Assembly (NCBI GenBank): GCA_963717145.1
Contig: OY970325.1
Span: 64,001 to 128,000, forward strand
Source: an uncultured Armatimonadetes bacterium
GTDB taxonomy: Bacteria > Armatimonadota > UBA5829 > DTJY01
Direction: 5' to 3'
Length of the DNA: 64,000 nt
Position 1 is the first letter of the stretch, and every line of letters starts with the position of its first letter. This document shows, in pieces, positions 10,327 to 21,653 of the stretch. Position numbers and translations under genes: made by a program. The notes beneath the pieces were generated by a model that was given only the letters and a program-made list of their open reading frames with translations, was not told where the DNA came from and searched no databases.

Positions 10327-11024
10327 CTAAACAATGGTCAACTGGACGCTGCTTTCGACGATGCCCGCCGAGATGGCGTAGCGGGTGAGGCCGGCGGTGT
10401 CGTGGATGTTGAGCTTTTGCATCACACTCTGCCGGTGTTTTTCGACGGTTTTGACGCTGATGCCCAGCTCGGCGGCGACCTGTTTGTTGGGCTGCCCTTC
10501 GGCGATGAGTTGGAGGACCTCCGCTTCGCGCGAACTGAGGCGGGGGGCTCCTTTCTTGACCCTGTTTCCCGTGAGCCGGGGCTGACCCCTCCGGGTGGCG
10601 ACAGGCGCTGGGCAATGGCGGGGCTGAAATAGGTCTTGCCTTTCTGGACTTCGCGGATGGCCTCGACCAGGAAGTGAGCGGAGGTTTGTTTGATCAGGTA
10701 TCCGACCGCGCCCAAGGCCACCACTTGCTCGACGTAAGCGTCATCACTGTGGGCCGAGAGAATGAGCACCTTGGTGTCCGGGACGGCCTGGCGAATCTGC
10801 CGGGTGGCTTCCAAGCCATTGAGCAGGGGCATGGCGATGTCCATCACGATCACGGCCGGGCGAAGTTTCTTGGTCAGTTCCACGGCCTGGCGGCCGGTCT
10901 CGGCTTCGCCGACCACCTGGATATCCCCTTCGGCGTCCAACAAGGTGCGGAGTCCTTCCCGAACGATCATATGGTCTTCGGCCAGCAGGACGGTGATAGG
11001 TTTCGTAGCGGTGACATGTTTCAT
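10327..11024 (-). CDS. NarL/LuxR-family DNA-binding response regulator, frameshifted
   Basis: REC domain (LLAEDH, IVMDIAMP, GYLIK); after a shift near 10540, the HTH reads LSSREAEVLQLIAEG..NKQVAAELGISVKTVEKHRQSVMQKL. Confidence 0.92.
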
Positions 11025-11079
11025 AGAAACTCGGGATTCGTTATCATTCATCAGTCAGTGATCAGTAACAGGTTGGCAG

Positions 11080-12294
11080 TCATCCGGCCCTGCGCGCCGG
11101 GGTGTCGCGGAAAGGAATCCGCGCCTGGATGGTGGTGCCGCGGCCGGGTGCGGATTTGACCTCGAGCGCGCCCCCCACGGAGGCGGCGCGCTCGCGGATG
11201 CTGAACAGACCCAGGCCGCCCGTTCCGTTTCGTTTGGCCGGGTGACGATCCGGATCGAACCCGATCCCGTCGTCCGTGACGGCCAACTGAACAAAGTGGC
11301 CCTGCTGACGCAGGCCCACGGCCAGGTGGCGGGCGCGGGCGTGCTGCTCGACATTCTTCAAGACTTCCTGAAGGATGCGGTAGAGGGCGGTCTCGACGTC
11401 GGCGGGCAGGCGAGGGATTCTGCGCACGCCCCGCAGGTTGAGCTGAACGCGCGCGCGTTTGCCGAACTGGTTGCAGGCCATGCGCAACACGGGGAGCAGA
11501 CCCAGATCATGCAACGCGCTGGGATGCAGATCGCGGGCCAGGCACCGGACTTCCGCGGTGGCCTGGTCGAGGAGGTCGCGGAGCTTGAGCAGCTCGGCCC
11601 GGGAGGTGTGGGCCCGGGCGGGCAGCTTGCCCGCCAGGGTGTCGCAGCGCATCAGGACGGCGTAGGTCAACTGGGAAATGTGTTCGTGCAGCTCGATGGC
11701 CACACGCCGTCGCTCGGATTCCTGCACGTCCACCAGGCGGTGGGAGAGGGCCCGCAGCCGTTCCTCGCTCCGCCGGGCCTCCGTCATGTCGGTTACCACC
11801 ATGGTGATGGTCGCGCCCGGGGCCCCCGACGCGGGCAGCGGACGGATCGAGAGATGCACCGGCAGTTGCGAAGCGTCGCCGGCCTGGAGGAGCGCTTGGA
11901 TTTTGGAGCCGGATCGGGCCGCCTTTTTGAGGAGGGGTCGCAGCGCGGCCTGGTCGGCGGCGGAGAGAAAGCGGTGAAAGGAGCCACTGACCACCTGCTC
12001 GAGCGGGAGTTTGACCATGCGGGCGAAGCACTGGTTGGCGTAAAGAATCACCGCGTCCGCCGTCAGGGTGAGCCCGCCTTCGTTCATGGATTCGATGAGC
12101 ACGCGGTAGGCCTGTCCGGCCCCATCCAGGGTATAGACCTGCGGGCCCTGGCGGCCCGCCACCACCACCGCATCCACTTCGCCGCGGCGGATGGCCTGGA
12201 GGGTGAGCTCGGCGTCGGCCAGGCGGGCCCGAAGTTCGGCGAGCTGGCGGGCCGGGGCAGGGCGCGAGGAGGATTGGCGGCGGGCGGTTTTCAA
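11080..12294 (-). CDS. PAS-domain HisKA_3 sensor histidine kinase with AIRRGEVDA N-terminal motif
   Basis: ERRRVAIELHEHISQ H-box, QEVLKNVEQHA, DDGIGF, GLGL; start overlaps the kaiB stop. Confidence 0.92.
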   Translation of the reverse strand: MKTARRQSSSRPAPARQLAELRARLADAELTLQAIRRGEVDAVVVAGRQGPQVYTLDGAGQAYRVLIESMNEGGLTLTADAVILYANQCFARMVKLPLEQVVSGSFHRFLSAADQAALRPLLKKAARSGSKIQALLQAGDASQLPVHLSIRPLPASGAPGATITMVVTDMTEARRSEERLRALSHRLVDVQESERRRVAIELHEHISQLTYAVLMRCDTLAGKLPARAHTSRAELLKLRDLLDQATAEVRCLARDLHPSALHDLGLLPVLRMACNQFGKRARVQLNLRGVRRIPRLPADVETALYRILQEVLKNVEQHARARHLAVGLRQQGHFVQLAVTDDGIGFDPDRHPAKRNGTGGLGLFSIRERAASVGGALEVKSAPGRGTTIQARIPFRDTPARRAG

Positions 12295-12645
12295 AGGGTG
12301 GTGTTGCCGGTGGTGTCAAGATCCATGCCGACAAACAGGCCGGTGAGGCTGGACAGGTTGCCAATGAAGCGGCGCACCGGCCTGGGGAATTCCTTGACGA
12401 GCGTGGGGGTGGCGAGAATCTGGCCGTCGCGCGCCAGGATCGGCTGCTGGTAGATGTCGATCACCTCCAGTTCGCAGTTGCCGTGGAGTTCGGTTTCACA
12501 CAGTTGCCGGGCGCGCAGGATGGCCTGGCGCGACCGGGCGGTGGCCCCGGCCACGTAGAGTCGCAGGACGTATTTGCCGGCGGGCCGGGTGGCCAGGGCC
12601 TTTTCAAAGGCCTTGGTCGCACGGACGGGTTTTGTTTGTTTTCAC
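12291..12645 (-). CDS. kaiB: KaiB-family protein (second copy), frameshift near the 5' end
   Basis: YVLRLYVAGATARS...LEVIDIYQQP...ILATPTLVKEFPRPVRRFIGNLS. Confidence 0.9.
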
Positions 12646-12660
12646 GGGCGTTCCTTTCGA

Positions 12661-12990
12661 TCAATTGGCGGGGCGCAAATCCAAGCCGACGAGCACGCGG
12701 GCGGTGTCGGACAGGTCGCCAATGATTTTTCGCACGGGCTGGGGCAGCTTGCGCACCAGGGTGGGAATGGCCAGGATTTGGTCGCCCTTGGAAAGGCGGG
12801 GCTGCTCCAACAAATCGATCACCTCGATGCGATAGCGGCCGTGGAGGTGGGTTTCGCAAATCTGCTTCAGGTTGGAAAGCGCCGTCAGCGATTTGGGCGT
12901 CTGCCCGGCCACGTAAAGGCGCAGTTGCCAGAGTTTGGCCGGCCGGGGATGGGAACCGGAGGCGCGTCGTTTCATGGTTTTGGTTTTCAC
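12661..12990 (-). CDS. kaiB: KaiB-family protein
   Basis: [12 protein letters not shown]...IEVIDL...[23 protein letters not shown]. Confidence 0.95.
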   Translation of the reverse strand: MKTKTMKRRASGSHPRPAKLWQLRLYVAGQTPKSLTALSNLKQICETHLHGRYRIEVIDLLEQPRLSKGDQILAIPTLVRKLPQPVRKIIGDLSDTARVLVGLDLRPAN

Positions 12991-14753
12991 TTTTTGTTCC
13001 CTGGTTTGGAGCTGCCGCGCGGGCCGCCTGCCCCGCCGGTGGCATCGGCCTGGCGCAGACGGGCCAATTCGGTCCGCTCGGCGTTCAGCACGCGCGTGCG
13101 CGTGCCGGCCTGCTCGTCCAAGCGCCGCAGTTCCACTTCGTCGCCCTCCTGCTCGGAGCGCAGCTCGGCGATTTGCCGTTCGAGCGCGGCGCGTTTGCGC
13201 GCCAGGTCGCGCTGGCGGCGGGCGGCTTCCTGCCGGGCGGCCAGGGCTTCGGCCTTTTCGCGGGCGGTTTGCGCCACCCGGGCCGCGCCGGTGAGGACGC
13301 CGCTGGGACCGATGTAGGCGTCCACCAGGTCAATGCCCCGGTTGGAAATGAGGAATTCGCGGACCTGGTTGGAGTGGGCCATGCCGCGGGCTTTGAGCAC
13401 GTAGAGCACGCGATTGCGTTCGCCGTTGCCTTCGAAGTCCTGCAAGAGCAGCCAGGCGTCCATGAGCGAGGACATGGCGATTTCACTTTGTTGCAGGGCG
13501 TGGCCGCCGTGGGTCAGGCTGGTAAAGAGCGAGGTGATTTGGCCGCCCTTGAGGAAGTCAATCAGCCGCGTGACCATGCCCTTGGTTTCGGTGTCGGTGC
13601 CGGCGACCAGCAGGCTGGTGATGGGGTCCACAATGACGAGGGCGGGCTGAAAGGCGGCGATCTCCTTGAACATGGTGGCCAGGTGCATTTCCAGGCCGTA
13701 GAGGGTGGGCCGGGCGGAGTGAAAGCGCAGCCAGCCGCGCTGGACCAGCGGCCCCAGGCGCAAGCCGATGGAACGCATGTTGCGGATGATCTGGTTGGGC
13801 GATTCCTCGAACGAGAAGAAGAGCACGCGCTCGCCGCGGCGGGCGGCGGCCTGGGCAATACAGGCGCCGACGCTGGTCTTGCCGGTGCCGGCGGTGCCCG
13901 TGAGCAGAATGCTGCTGCCGCGAAAGAAGCCGCGCCCGCTGAGCATGGCGTCGAGCCGCGGGATGCCGGTGGCAATCCGCTCGCTGGACACCTTGTGGTT
14001 GAGCCCCAGCGAGGTGATGGGCAGGACGCTGAGGCCCTGGTCGCCGATGAGGAAGGGAAATTCGTTGGTGCCGTGCAGGGCGCCGCGATATTTCACCACC
14101 CGCAGATGGCGCGTGGCAATCTGGTCATGGACCCGATGATCGAGCAGGATGACGCAGTCGGACACGTATTCCTCCAGCCCGTGGCGGGTGAGCTGCTCGC
14201 GGCCGCGCTCGGCCGTAATGACGGCGGTCACGCCCTTGTCCTTGAGCCAGCGGAAGAGCCGGCGCAGTTCGGCGCGCAGGATGGCTTCGTTAGGCAGGCC
14301 GGCAAACAGCGCTTCCAGGGTGTCCAGCACCACGCGCCGGGCGCCGATGGAATCGATCGCGTGATTGAGGCGGACGAACAACCCTTCCAGGTCATACTCG
14401 CCGGTCTCCTGGATTTCACTGCGCTCGATGTACACGTAATCGAGCACGATTTTTTTGCGCCGGACCAGGCCCGCCAGATCAAAGCCGAGCGATGCGACGT
14501 TGGCCGTCAACTCGGCTTCCGTCTCCTCGAAGGCGATGAACACGCCCGGCTCGCCGAACTGCGCGGCGCCGCGCACGAGGAATTCGGCGGCCAGCAGGGT
14601 TTTGCCGCAGCCCGCGCCGCCGCAGACCAGGGTGGGCCGCCCGCGCGGCAACCCGCCGCCGGTGATTTCGTCGAGACCCTGGATGCCCGTCGGACACTTG
14701 GGCAAACCAGGTGTCGGGGAGGTGGTCGAAGGAATGGTTCTGTTCATCGTCAT
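12987..14753 (-). CDS. kaiC: KaiC-family double-domain ATPase/kinase with C-terminal coiled-coil extension (KaiC2-like)
   Basis: Two P-loops ([16 protein letters not shown]), FEE motifs, MSSLMDAW phosphosite region, KARGMAHS. Confidence 0.95.
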   Translation of the reverse strand: MTMNRTIPSTTSPTPGLPKCPTGIQGLDEITGGGLPRGRPTLVCGGAGCGKTLLAAEFLVRGAAQFGEPGVFIAFEETEAELTANVASLGFDLAGLVRRKKIVLDYVYIERSEIQETGEYDLEGLFVRLNHAIDSIGARRVVLDTLEALFAGLPNEAILRAELRRLFRWLKDKGVTAVITAERGREQLTRHGLEEYVSDCVILLDHRVHDQIATRHLRVVKYRGALHGTNEFPFLIGDQGLSVLPITSLGLNHKVSSERIATGIPRLDAMLSGRGFFRGSSILLTGTAGTGKTSVGACIAQAAARRGERVLFFSFEESPNQIIRNMRSIGLRLGPLVQRGWLRFHSARPTLYGLEMHLATMFKEIAAFQPALVIVDPITSLLVAGTDTETKGMVTRLIDFLKGGQITSLFTSLTHGGHALQQSEIAMSSLMDAWLLLQDFEGNGERNRVLYVLKARGMAHSNQVREFLISNRGIDLVDAYIGPSGVLTGAARVAQTAREKAEALAARQEAARRQRDLARKRAALERQIAELRSEQEGDEVELRRLDEQAGTRTRVLNAERTELARLRQADATGGAGGPRGSSKPGNKK

Positions 14754-14779
14754 TCAAGGTGTGGTTTTAGCGGACTGCA

Positions 14780-16197
14780 TCAGCGGGTCCCCCCCTCGGC
14801 TGGGCTGCCATCGAAAGGAATCTGCGCCCGGATGGTGGTGCCTTGGCCCGGTGCGGATTCGACGCTGAAGTTGCCGCCGACCATCTCCACCCGTTCTCTC
14901 ATGCCGAGCAGCCCCAGGCGCTTGTTCCTCTTGGCGTGCAACACGCGCTGCACCTCGAAGGATTTGCCGTCGTCTGTGATTTCCATGCGAATGGCGTCCG
15001 GGAGTTTCTGGAGGCTCACTTCCACCCGGCTGGCCTGCGCATGCCGGGCGACATTGGTCAGCGCTTCCTGGGCGACGCGATAGAGGACCGTGCGCTTGGC
15101 ACTGTCCAATTCGCTCAATCCGGCCGGAAGTAAAGGTCGTGAAGTGAATGCGGATACCCGTCCGCTTCGTGAAGTCCTTCATGAAGGAATGAAGGCGTGG
15201 CAATCAGTCCCAGGTCGTCCAGGACCGTCGGGCGCAGTTCGCGGGCGAACTGATGCACGATGTCCACCGACTTCTCCACCAGCCGTTGCGTCCGGGCGAT
15301 CGTTTTCTCCGAGCCCTTGGGGTTGACCCGGGCCTCGCTGGGCCAAGGTCGCCAGATGGACATTGATGCCCACCAGGGTCTGGGCGATTTCATCATGCAG
15401 CTCGCGGCTGATGCGCTTTCGTTCTTCCTCCTGCGCCTGCAGAATCTGATGGGACAGATGCCGCAGTTGTTCCTGCATGTGGCGCGACTGCTCCAACAAC
15501 TGGCTTTGGTGTTGCTCGCTTTTCTTGAGGGCTTCCTCCACCGCCTGCCGCCGGACAATTTCCCGCTCGCAACTCCCGGTTCGCAACCGCCAGAGCCTCC
15601 AGGCGGCGTTGCGCCTCCTCCGCCTGCTTGAGGGCGGTGATGTCCGAGACCGCCACCCGGCACCATTTCCGCGGACCGCTGAGGGAGATGGCGGAGGTGG
15701 CGTGGAAGTTCGCCCAGAAGGTGCGTGCCGTCCTCGTTCCGCAGCGGCGCCTCGCAGACCTGTTTTCCGGGCCCGGCGAAGACCTCTTCCAGGAAGGCCA
15801 GAAAGACCGGCTGGCTCGCCGGGGCCACAAAACGCGGCAAGCGCCGGTTGATGAGCCGGGACCGTTCCACGCCGAGCAAGGCGGCTCCCGTCAGGTTCAC
15901 CTCCAGGATCCGGCCCTGTTCATCCAGGGAGAAATAGCCGACCGGGGCGAAATCGTAGAGGTCGGTGTATTTCTCCAGCAGCGCCTCCATCCGGTCCCGG
16001 GCTTCCTGGAGCTCGGCGTTCTGCATCTCCAGTTCGACCTGGTGGACCTGCAATTCGTGGAGCAGCCGCTGGGGGTCGGCTGCCGACTTCGGATCTCCAG
16101 CCTCGGACGCTGATTTCCGCCGGTGCTCCCGCAGCCGGGCTTCGGCGCGGCGGCGCAGTTCGGCGGCATCGGCTGAGGTGTTTGACTTTCTCTTCAT
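14780..16197 (-). CDS. PAS-domain HisKA_3 sensor histidine kinase, multiple frameshifts
   Basis: LHELQVHQVELEMQN, YDFAPVGY PAS, ERKRISRELHDEIAQ, QEALTNVARHA, DDGKSF. Confidence 0.88.
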
Positions 16198-16296
16198 GGC
16201 GCGGTCTTTTCCAGGTGATGGCAGCAATGAGTCATCAGTGATCAGCTGGTCACTCGGTCCGGCCCCAGGACCCGGGAAAGGATCTCCTGCAGTTTG

Positions 16297-17957
16297 TCAC
16301 CTGTCAAAGGGTTTCGCCAGGACGCCCTTGAACCCGTAGCGTTCAGGTTCCAGAACCACGGGATCGTTGGCGTATCCGCTCATGACAATGGCCTTCACGG
16401 CCGGGTCAATCTTGAGCAGCGCCTGGATCGCCTCCTGGCCCCCAACGCCAGCGCGAACCGTCAAATCCAGGAGGACCGCATCAAAGGGACGCCCCTGGTC
16501 CTTCGCGCTTCCGTAAACCTCGACGGCCCTCTGTCCATCCTCCACCAGTTCCACCTCGTGGCCCATCCGCTGGAGCAACGCTCCCAACCAGCTTTCCTCA
16601 CCCCTTCCTCGTCATCCATCACCAGGATCCTTCCCGGCCGCGGAAGGCTCGCTCGGCACCGATGCTTTCTCTTCGCCGAGCAACTTCCGGGAAGCGGGAA
16701 GGTGGATGTGGAAGGTGGTCCCCACCCCCAGCTCTGACTCCACGGCAATCGCTCCTCCATGTTTCTGAATGACCGTATGGCAGATCGTCAGCCCCAGACC
16801 CATGCCCTTTTGATCCCCCCTCTGCTTCGTCGAGAAATAGGGATCAAAGATCTTCGGCAGCACCTCCTTCGCAATGCCGCCGCCCTGGTCGGCAATGCTC
16901 ACCCGAACGTAATCCCCCGGCGGCAGGGAAGGATTTTCATGGGATCCCAGAACCACATTCTCCGCCCGGACGGAGATCACTCCTCCCTCCGGCATCGCTT
17001 CCCGCGCATTCAGGACCAGGTTCCGGATGACCTGTCCGATCTGCCCCGCGTCCACCTCCGCCAGCCAGAGATCCTCCGCCAGGGAGAATTCACACCGCAC
17101 CCGGGAACCGCTCAAGGCCGGCCGGACGGATTCCTGGATCACTCCGGACAGGCAGGTCGGCTTCCGGACCGGCGCGCCTCCTTTGGCAAAGGTGATGAGC
17201 TGCTGGGTCAAGCCTCGGGCCAGTCAAGGCGGTCTGCTTCGCCTCCTCCAGACGATGCGCCAACTCCTCGCCGGGCGGGATGAGCGTCTGGGCCAGTTCG
17301 AGGTTGAGGAGGATCACCGTGAGCAGATTGTTGAAATCATGGGCAATGCCGCCCGCCAGAATCCCCGTGGACTCCAGCTTGTTCAGAATGAGACGATCCT
17401 CCTCGGCCCGCTTGCGCTCGGTGATGTCCGTCAAGCACCGCGCGGCACTCCCGCCCCGACGCCGCCACCGCCGCTTCGATCCGCACCTCGACCGGGGGCT
17501 TGCCTTCCTTGAGGAGCGTCACCTCGCAGAACTCCCTGGCCTTGCTCTCGAAGACCTTCGTGAGGAAGGCGTTGAAAGCGGGCAGGTCGGCCGCGGAAAC
17601 GTAAAGCCCGAAGCGCCGCTTGACCAACCGGGATCGTTCGATCCCCAGCAGGCTGGCGCGGTGAGGTTGGCCTCGCGGATCGTCCCCTCGCGGTCGAGGG
17701 TCAGGTAGCCCACCGGGGCGAAATCATAGAGGTCGCTGTATTTTTCCAGCCCCGCCTCCATCTCGTCCCGGGCTTTCTGGAGTTCCTCGTTTTGCATCTC
17801 CAGCTCGATCTGGTGGACCTGCAATTCGTGGACGAGGCGCTGCGTGTCGGCTTCGGTTCGGGCCTGGCCCGTTTCCGGGTGCTGCTCCCGCAGGCGCTCT
17901 TCGGCGCGGCGGCGCAGTTCGGCGGCATCGGGTGAGAGCGTTCGGTTTCTTTTGCAT
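16297..17957 (-). CDS. hybrid PAS-HisKA-HATPase-REC sensor kinase, multiple frameshifts
   Basis: LAGGIAHDFNNLL, NLVLNAREAMP, PYFSTK..GMGLGL, C-terminal receiver (VMDDE, LLDLT, KPF). Confidence 0.88.
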
Positions 17958-17998
17958 GGCGGGTGCTTTCCAGTGAGTTGCCGGTCATCAGTGATCGA

Positions 17999-20673
17999 CT
18001 ACGGCCCTGGTCCCTTCCTTCGCCTCCGCTTCGCGGCTTGGTCCGCGACCCGCTTCTCCAAACCGGCCTGCTTCGCCCGCAACTTCGCCTCCAGCGTCTT
18101 GGCCGCGGTGATGTCCGCGAAGGTGATCACGACGCCGTCAATCCGGTCGTCCAGCGTGCGGTAGGGCATGATGCGCACGGTAAACCAGCGGCCGTCGCGC
18201 GCGCCAATCGGTTTTTCCGCCGAGGCCAGCGTCCGCAGCACCTCCCGCGCATCGTCGGCCAGTTCCGGGTAGCGCAGCTCCGAGGCCAGGTCGGTGATGG
18301 GCCGGCCCACGTCGGCCGGGATGAGCTTGATGATTTTCGTCGCCTGGGGGGTGAACCGCCGCACGTTGAGATCGTTGTCCAGAAACAGGGTGGCGATATC
18401 CGTGCTGTTGAGCAGGTTCTTCATGTCGTTGCTGGCCCGCGAAAGCTCGTCCACCTTGGCCTGCAACTCGGTGTTGAGCGTCTGGAGCTCCTCGTTCATC
18501 GATTGCATCTCCTCCTTCGAGGTGGTGAGTTCCTCGTTGGTGGACTGCAGTTCTTCATTGGTGGATTGCAGTTCCTCGTTGGCGGACCGGAGTTCCTCCT
18601 GCGAGGTCTGCATCTCTTCGTGGGTGGCCCGCGCCTCGGCGCGGACCTGCAGGAGTTCCTGCTCCAGTTCCGCCAGCCGCGCGCTGCGGGCGTGAGCCTT
18701 GGGCGGCCGGCCCGCCGCTTTGGCGGCCTCGGGCGCGGCCACGTCGGTGAAAACGATCATCACCAACCCCTGCAGCGGCCCGGGTTCCTCGAGTCGCTGG
18801 ACGGTCACATCCACGCACTGCTCGCCGCCGTTGGTCCCGACCTTGAGTCCGTGCAGCGCCACGCTGCCCTTTTGCCGGAGCGCTTTCTGGAAGGCGCCGG
18901 ACAGTTCGTAGCGCAGACCTTCGCGGGCCATGGCGAAGATGTTCCAGTTGGCCTTGCCGGCGGCCGGTTCCAGGTATTTGCCGGTGCGGCCGCTGATGTA
19001 GAAGATGTCGCCCTTGTCATTGACGAGCACGGCCGGCGGGGCGTAACGCTGCAGGACCAACTGATCCGCCAGGGACTGGAGACTGAGCGGCGGTTTCGCC
19101 GCCGGCCGCGCCTCCGGCCCGCCGGGCGGGGCCGCGCTAAAGGACGAGGGAAACTCGACCGGCTCCGGTCGCAGGCCGGACTCCGTCCGCCGAAAGATCC
19201 TGCGATTTGCCGCTGAGCGGGGCAAACAGGTCGGTGAAGCCGCCAATCGTCTCCGCGCTGCCGAGAAACAAAATGCCGCCGGGACTGAGGCTGTAGTGAA
19301 ACAGCGGAATCAGTTTCTTCTGCACCTCCGGGGCCAGATAGATCAGCAGGTTGCGGCAGCTCAGGATGTCCAGCTTGGTAAAGGGCGGATCCATGATGAG
19401 ATTCTGCGGCGCAAAGATCACCATCTCGCGAATCTCTTTGCGCACCCGGTAGCCGCGTTCTTCCTTGGCAAAGAACCGGCTCAGCCGCTCCGGCGACACG
19501 TCGGCGGCGATGTTGTCCGGAAAGACGCCCTGGCGGGCCTTGTCAATCGCGTCCCGGTCCAGGTCGGTGGCGAAGATCTGCAGGGCGAAATTCCCCTTGG
19601 GCTTGGCCTGCTCGACCGCCTCCTTGAACACGATGGCCAGGGAATAGGCCTCCTCCCCGGTGGAGCAGCCGGGCACCCACGCCCGCAGGGCCTGGCCGGG
19701 CGACCGGCTCGCGAGCAGCGCCGGAATGGCCTGCGTCGCGCAACTGCTCCCAGGCGGCGGGATCGCGGAAGAAGTTCGTCACCCCGATCAGCAACTCCTT
19801 GAAGAGCAGATCCAGCTCCTGCGAGTTCTCCTGCAAGTAGCGGACATAGGCGGCCATCTTGTTGATCTGGTGAATGCCCATGCGGCGCTCGATCCGGCGG
19901 TAGAGGGTGTTCCGCTTGTAGAGGGAAAAGTCGTGGCCGGTGTGGGCGCGCAGCAGGATGACCACCTTTTCCAGGGCGCTCTGCGTCTTGTCTTCCAGGG
20001 CCACTTCCGTCCGGGCGATGAGCGGGGTGCGCTGCAGATAGGCGATGATCTTCCCCGGCAGCTCGTCCACCGGGGCCACGATATCCGCCAGCCCGGCGTC
20101 AATCGCGCTGCGCGGCATGCCGTCGAATTTGGCCGTCGCCGGCTCCTGCACCAGCACCACGCCCGCCTTCTCCTTGATGGCGCGCAGGCCCAGCGTGCCG
20201 TCGGAGCCCATGCCGGAAAGAATCACGCCGATGCTGTGCTCCTGCTGGTCCTGCGCCAGGGAGCGGAGGAAGAAATCAATCGGCAGGCGCAGCCCGCGCG
20301 GCGCCGCCGGCTCGAGCAAGTGCAGGACCCCGTGCAGGATGGACATGTCCTTGTTCGGCGGGATCACATAGACGCAGTCCGGCCGCACCCGGGTGCGATC
20401 CTTGACCTGGATGACTTTCATGCCGGTGGCGCGCTGGAGCAGTTCGGGCATGATCCCCTTGTGCGTCGGGTCCAGGTGCTGGACGATGACAAACGCCATG
20501 CCGCTGCCCGCCGGCACGCGCCCCAGGAACTGCTCCAGGGCTTCGAGTCCCCCGGCGGAGGCGCCGATGCCGACGATGGGGAACGAGTACGCCTTTCGGG
20601 GAGGCGGGTGTTGCGCGGCAAGCAGCCTGGGCAGGCTTTTTCGGTCGCCGTTTCGGTGCAGATTTCGTTTCAT
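17999..20673 (-). CDS. CheB/CheR fusion with coiled-coil and PAS domains, frameshifted
   Basis: IVGIGASAGG, VQHL, LSGMGSDG (CheB); GCSTGEEAYS, SCRNLLIY (CheR); NEELQSTNEEL repeats. Confidence 0.93.
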
Positions 20674-20862
20674 GATCCTGTCTCCTCCGGCCGCGAATCT
20701 GGCTCTGTCGCAGCGGCGCGTCCGGCTGGCTCAACTGGACACGGGTCTTCATCGCCGTGAAGCGAGTGTGCTCGATGGAATCGTTGGTCTCAACACGAAA
20801 GAGGGCCGGCTATCGCCTCCCCGGAGGTCTCGGTCGCAAGAGCCAAAGTGCCCATACGCGGG

Positions 20863-20937
20863 AGTTTATGGCTCGGAGCAACGTCCGAGCAATGGGGTGA
20901 ACACCCCATAGCGGCAGGTTTGGTCATGCCCTAAATT
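20863..20937. promoter_or_regulatory. palindromic operator 5 (ATGGGGTGAACACCCCAT, 20892-20909) flanked by divergent -10 boxes
   Basis: Minus-strand TAAACT at 20868-20863 (gap 23); plus-strand TAAATT at 20932-20937 (gap 22). Confidence 0.82.
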
Positions 20938-21040
20938 CTCCGCCAGTCGGCCAAATCCGGAAACGAGTGATCCTTAGATGTGCGCGCGAGCAATCCCGAC
21001 CTGGAATTGTCGTCCAGCCACCTGCCAACCCAAAAAGCTT

Positions 21041-21550
21041 ATGGAACAGCCCGGCCTGATGGAACATCGCCGCACGCGGAGCGGGAGCGAGCGTTCCTCG
21101 GACGAATCGCGGTATCTATTGAGCGTCGTCCTGGTCTTTGAAGATCTCGCAACGCGCGGATGGGCGGCGCAAGCTTTTGAGCGGGTGCAGCGGGCCAGCC
21201 AAATGCAAATTCAGAGCACCGAATGGCGCATCCGCCGCCTCCTGGACGAGCAGGAATTTCCAGAGGCGGTCGGGGCGGCGGCTCGGGCCGACGTCCTTGC
21301 GGTGGCGCTCCGTGCCGTCGAAGAGCCGCCCATCCCGCTCTGTGTGTGGATCGATGCCTGGCTGCCACGCCGGCTCCAGCGTCCGGGCGCCTTGCTGGCA
21401 TGGATCGGCCGGCTCGAACGACCGGGGGCCGGACCTTCGAGCGCCCAACAGTATCTGCAGGCGGTGGCGCGCCGGGCCGGCCTGGATTTTCTGCCAAGGG
21501 AAGCCCGCCCCGAGCGAAGGGTTGATCTGTGTTCAGAATACACCCTTTAG
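21041..21550 (+). CDS. hypothetical protein (alpha/beta, possibly a degenerate receiver-like fold)
   Basis: SVVLVFEDLATRGWA...AARADVLAVAL...WIDAW...YLQAVARRAGLDF. Confidence 0.65.
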   Translation: MEQPGLMEHRRTRSGSERSSDESRYLLSVVLVFEDLATRGWAAQAFERVQRASQMQIQSTEWRIRRLLDEQEFPEAVGAAARADVLAVALRAVEEPPIPLCVWIDAWLPRRLQRPGALLAWIGRLERPGAGPSSAQQYLQAVARRAGLDFLPREARPERRVDLCSEYTL

Positions 21551-21571
21551 GCTCAGAGCCGAGTCCGAACA

Positions 21572-21618
21572 ATGGGGTGTTCAGCCCATAGGCCGATCTC
21601 CGGCCCCAGGTGTAAATG
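21572..21618 (+). promoter_or_regulatory. palindromic operator 6 (ATGGGGTGTTCAGCCCAT, 21572-21589) with -10-like TAAATG
   Basis: One mismatch to the consensus; hexamer at 21613-21618, gap 23. Confidence 0.7.
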
Positions 21619-21653
21619 TGATATATTGATTCATGTTGAAAGGCGTACCGAAT

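Noticed and set aside
12291-14753. A true circadian clock
   Set aside because: No kaiA in the window, and KaiC is the SS/coiled-coil type; oscillation cannot be inferred from sequence.
13173-15083. 636-aa plus-strand ORF
   Set aside because: Antisense shadow of kaiC in high-GC DNA.
17999-20673. Chemotaxis operon
   Set aside because: No cheA, cheW, cheY or MCP gene; CheB/CheR-PAS fusions are commonly non-chemotactic.
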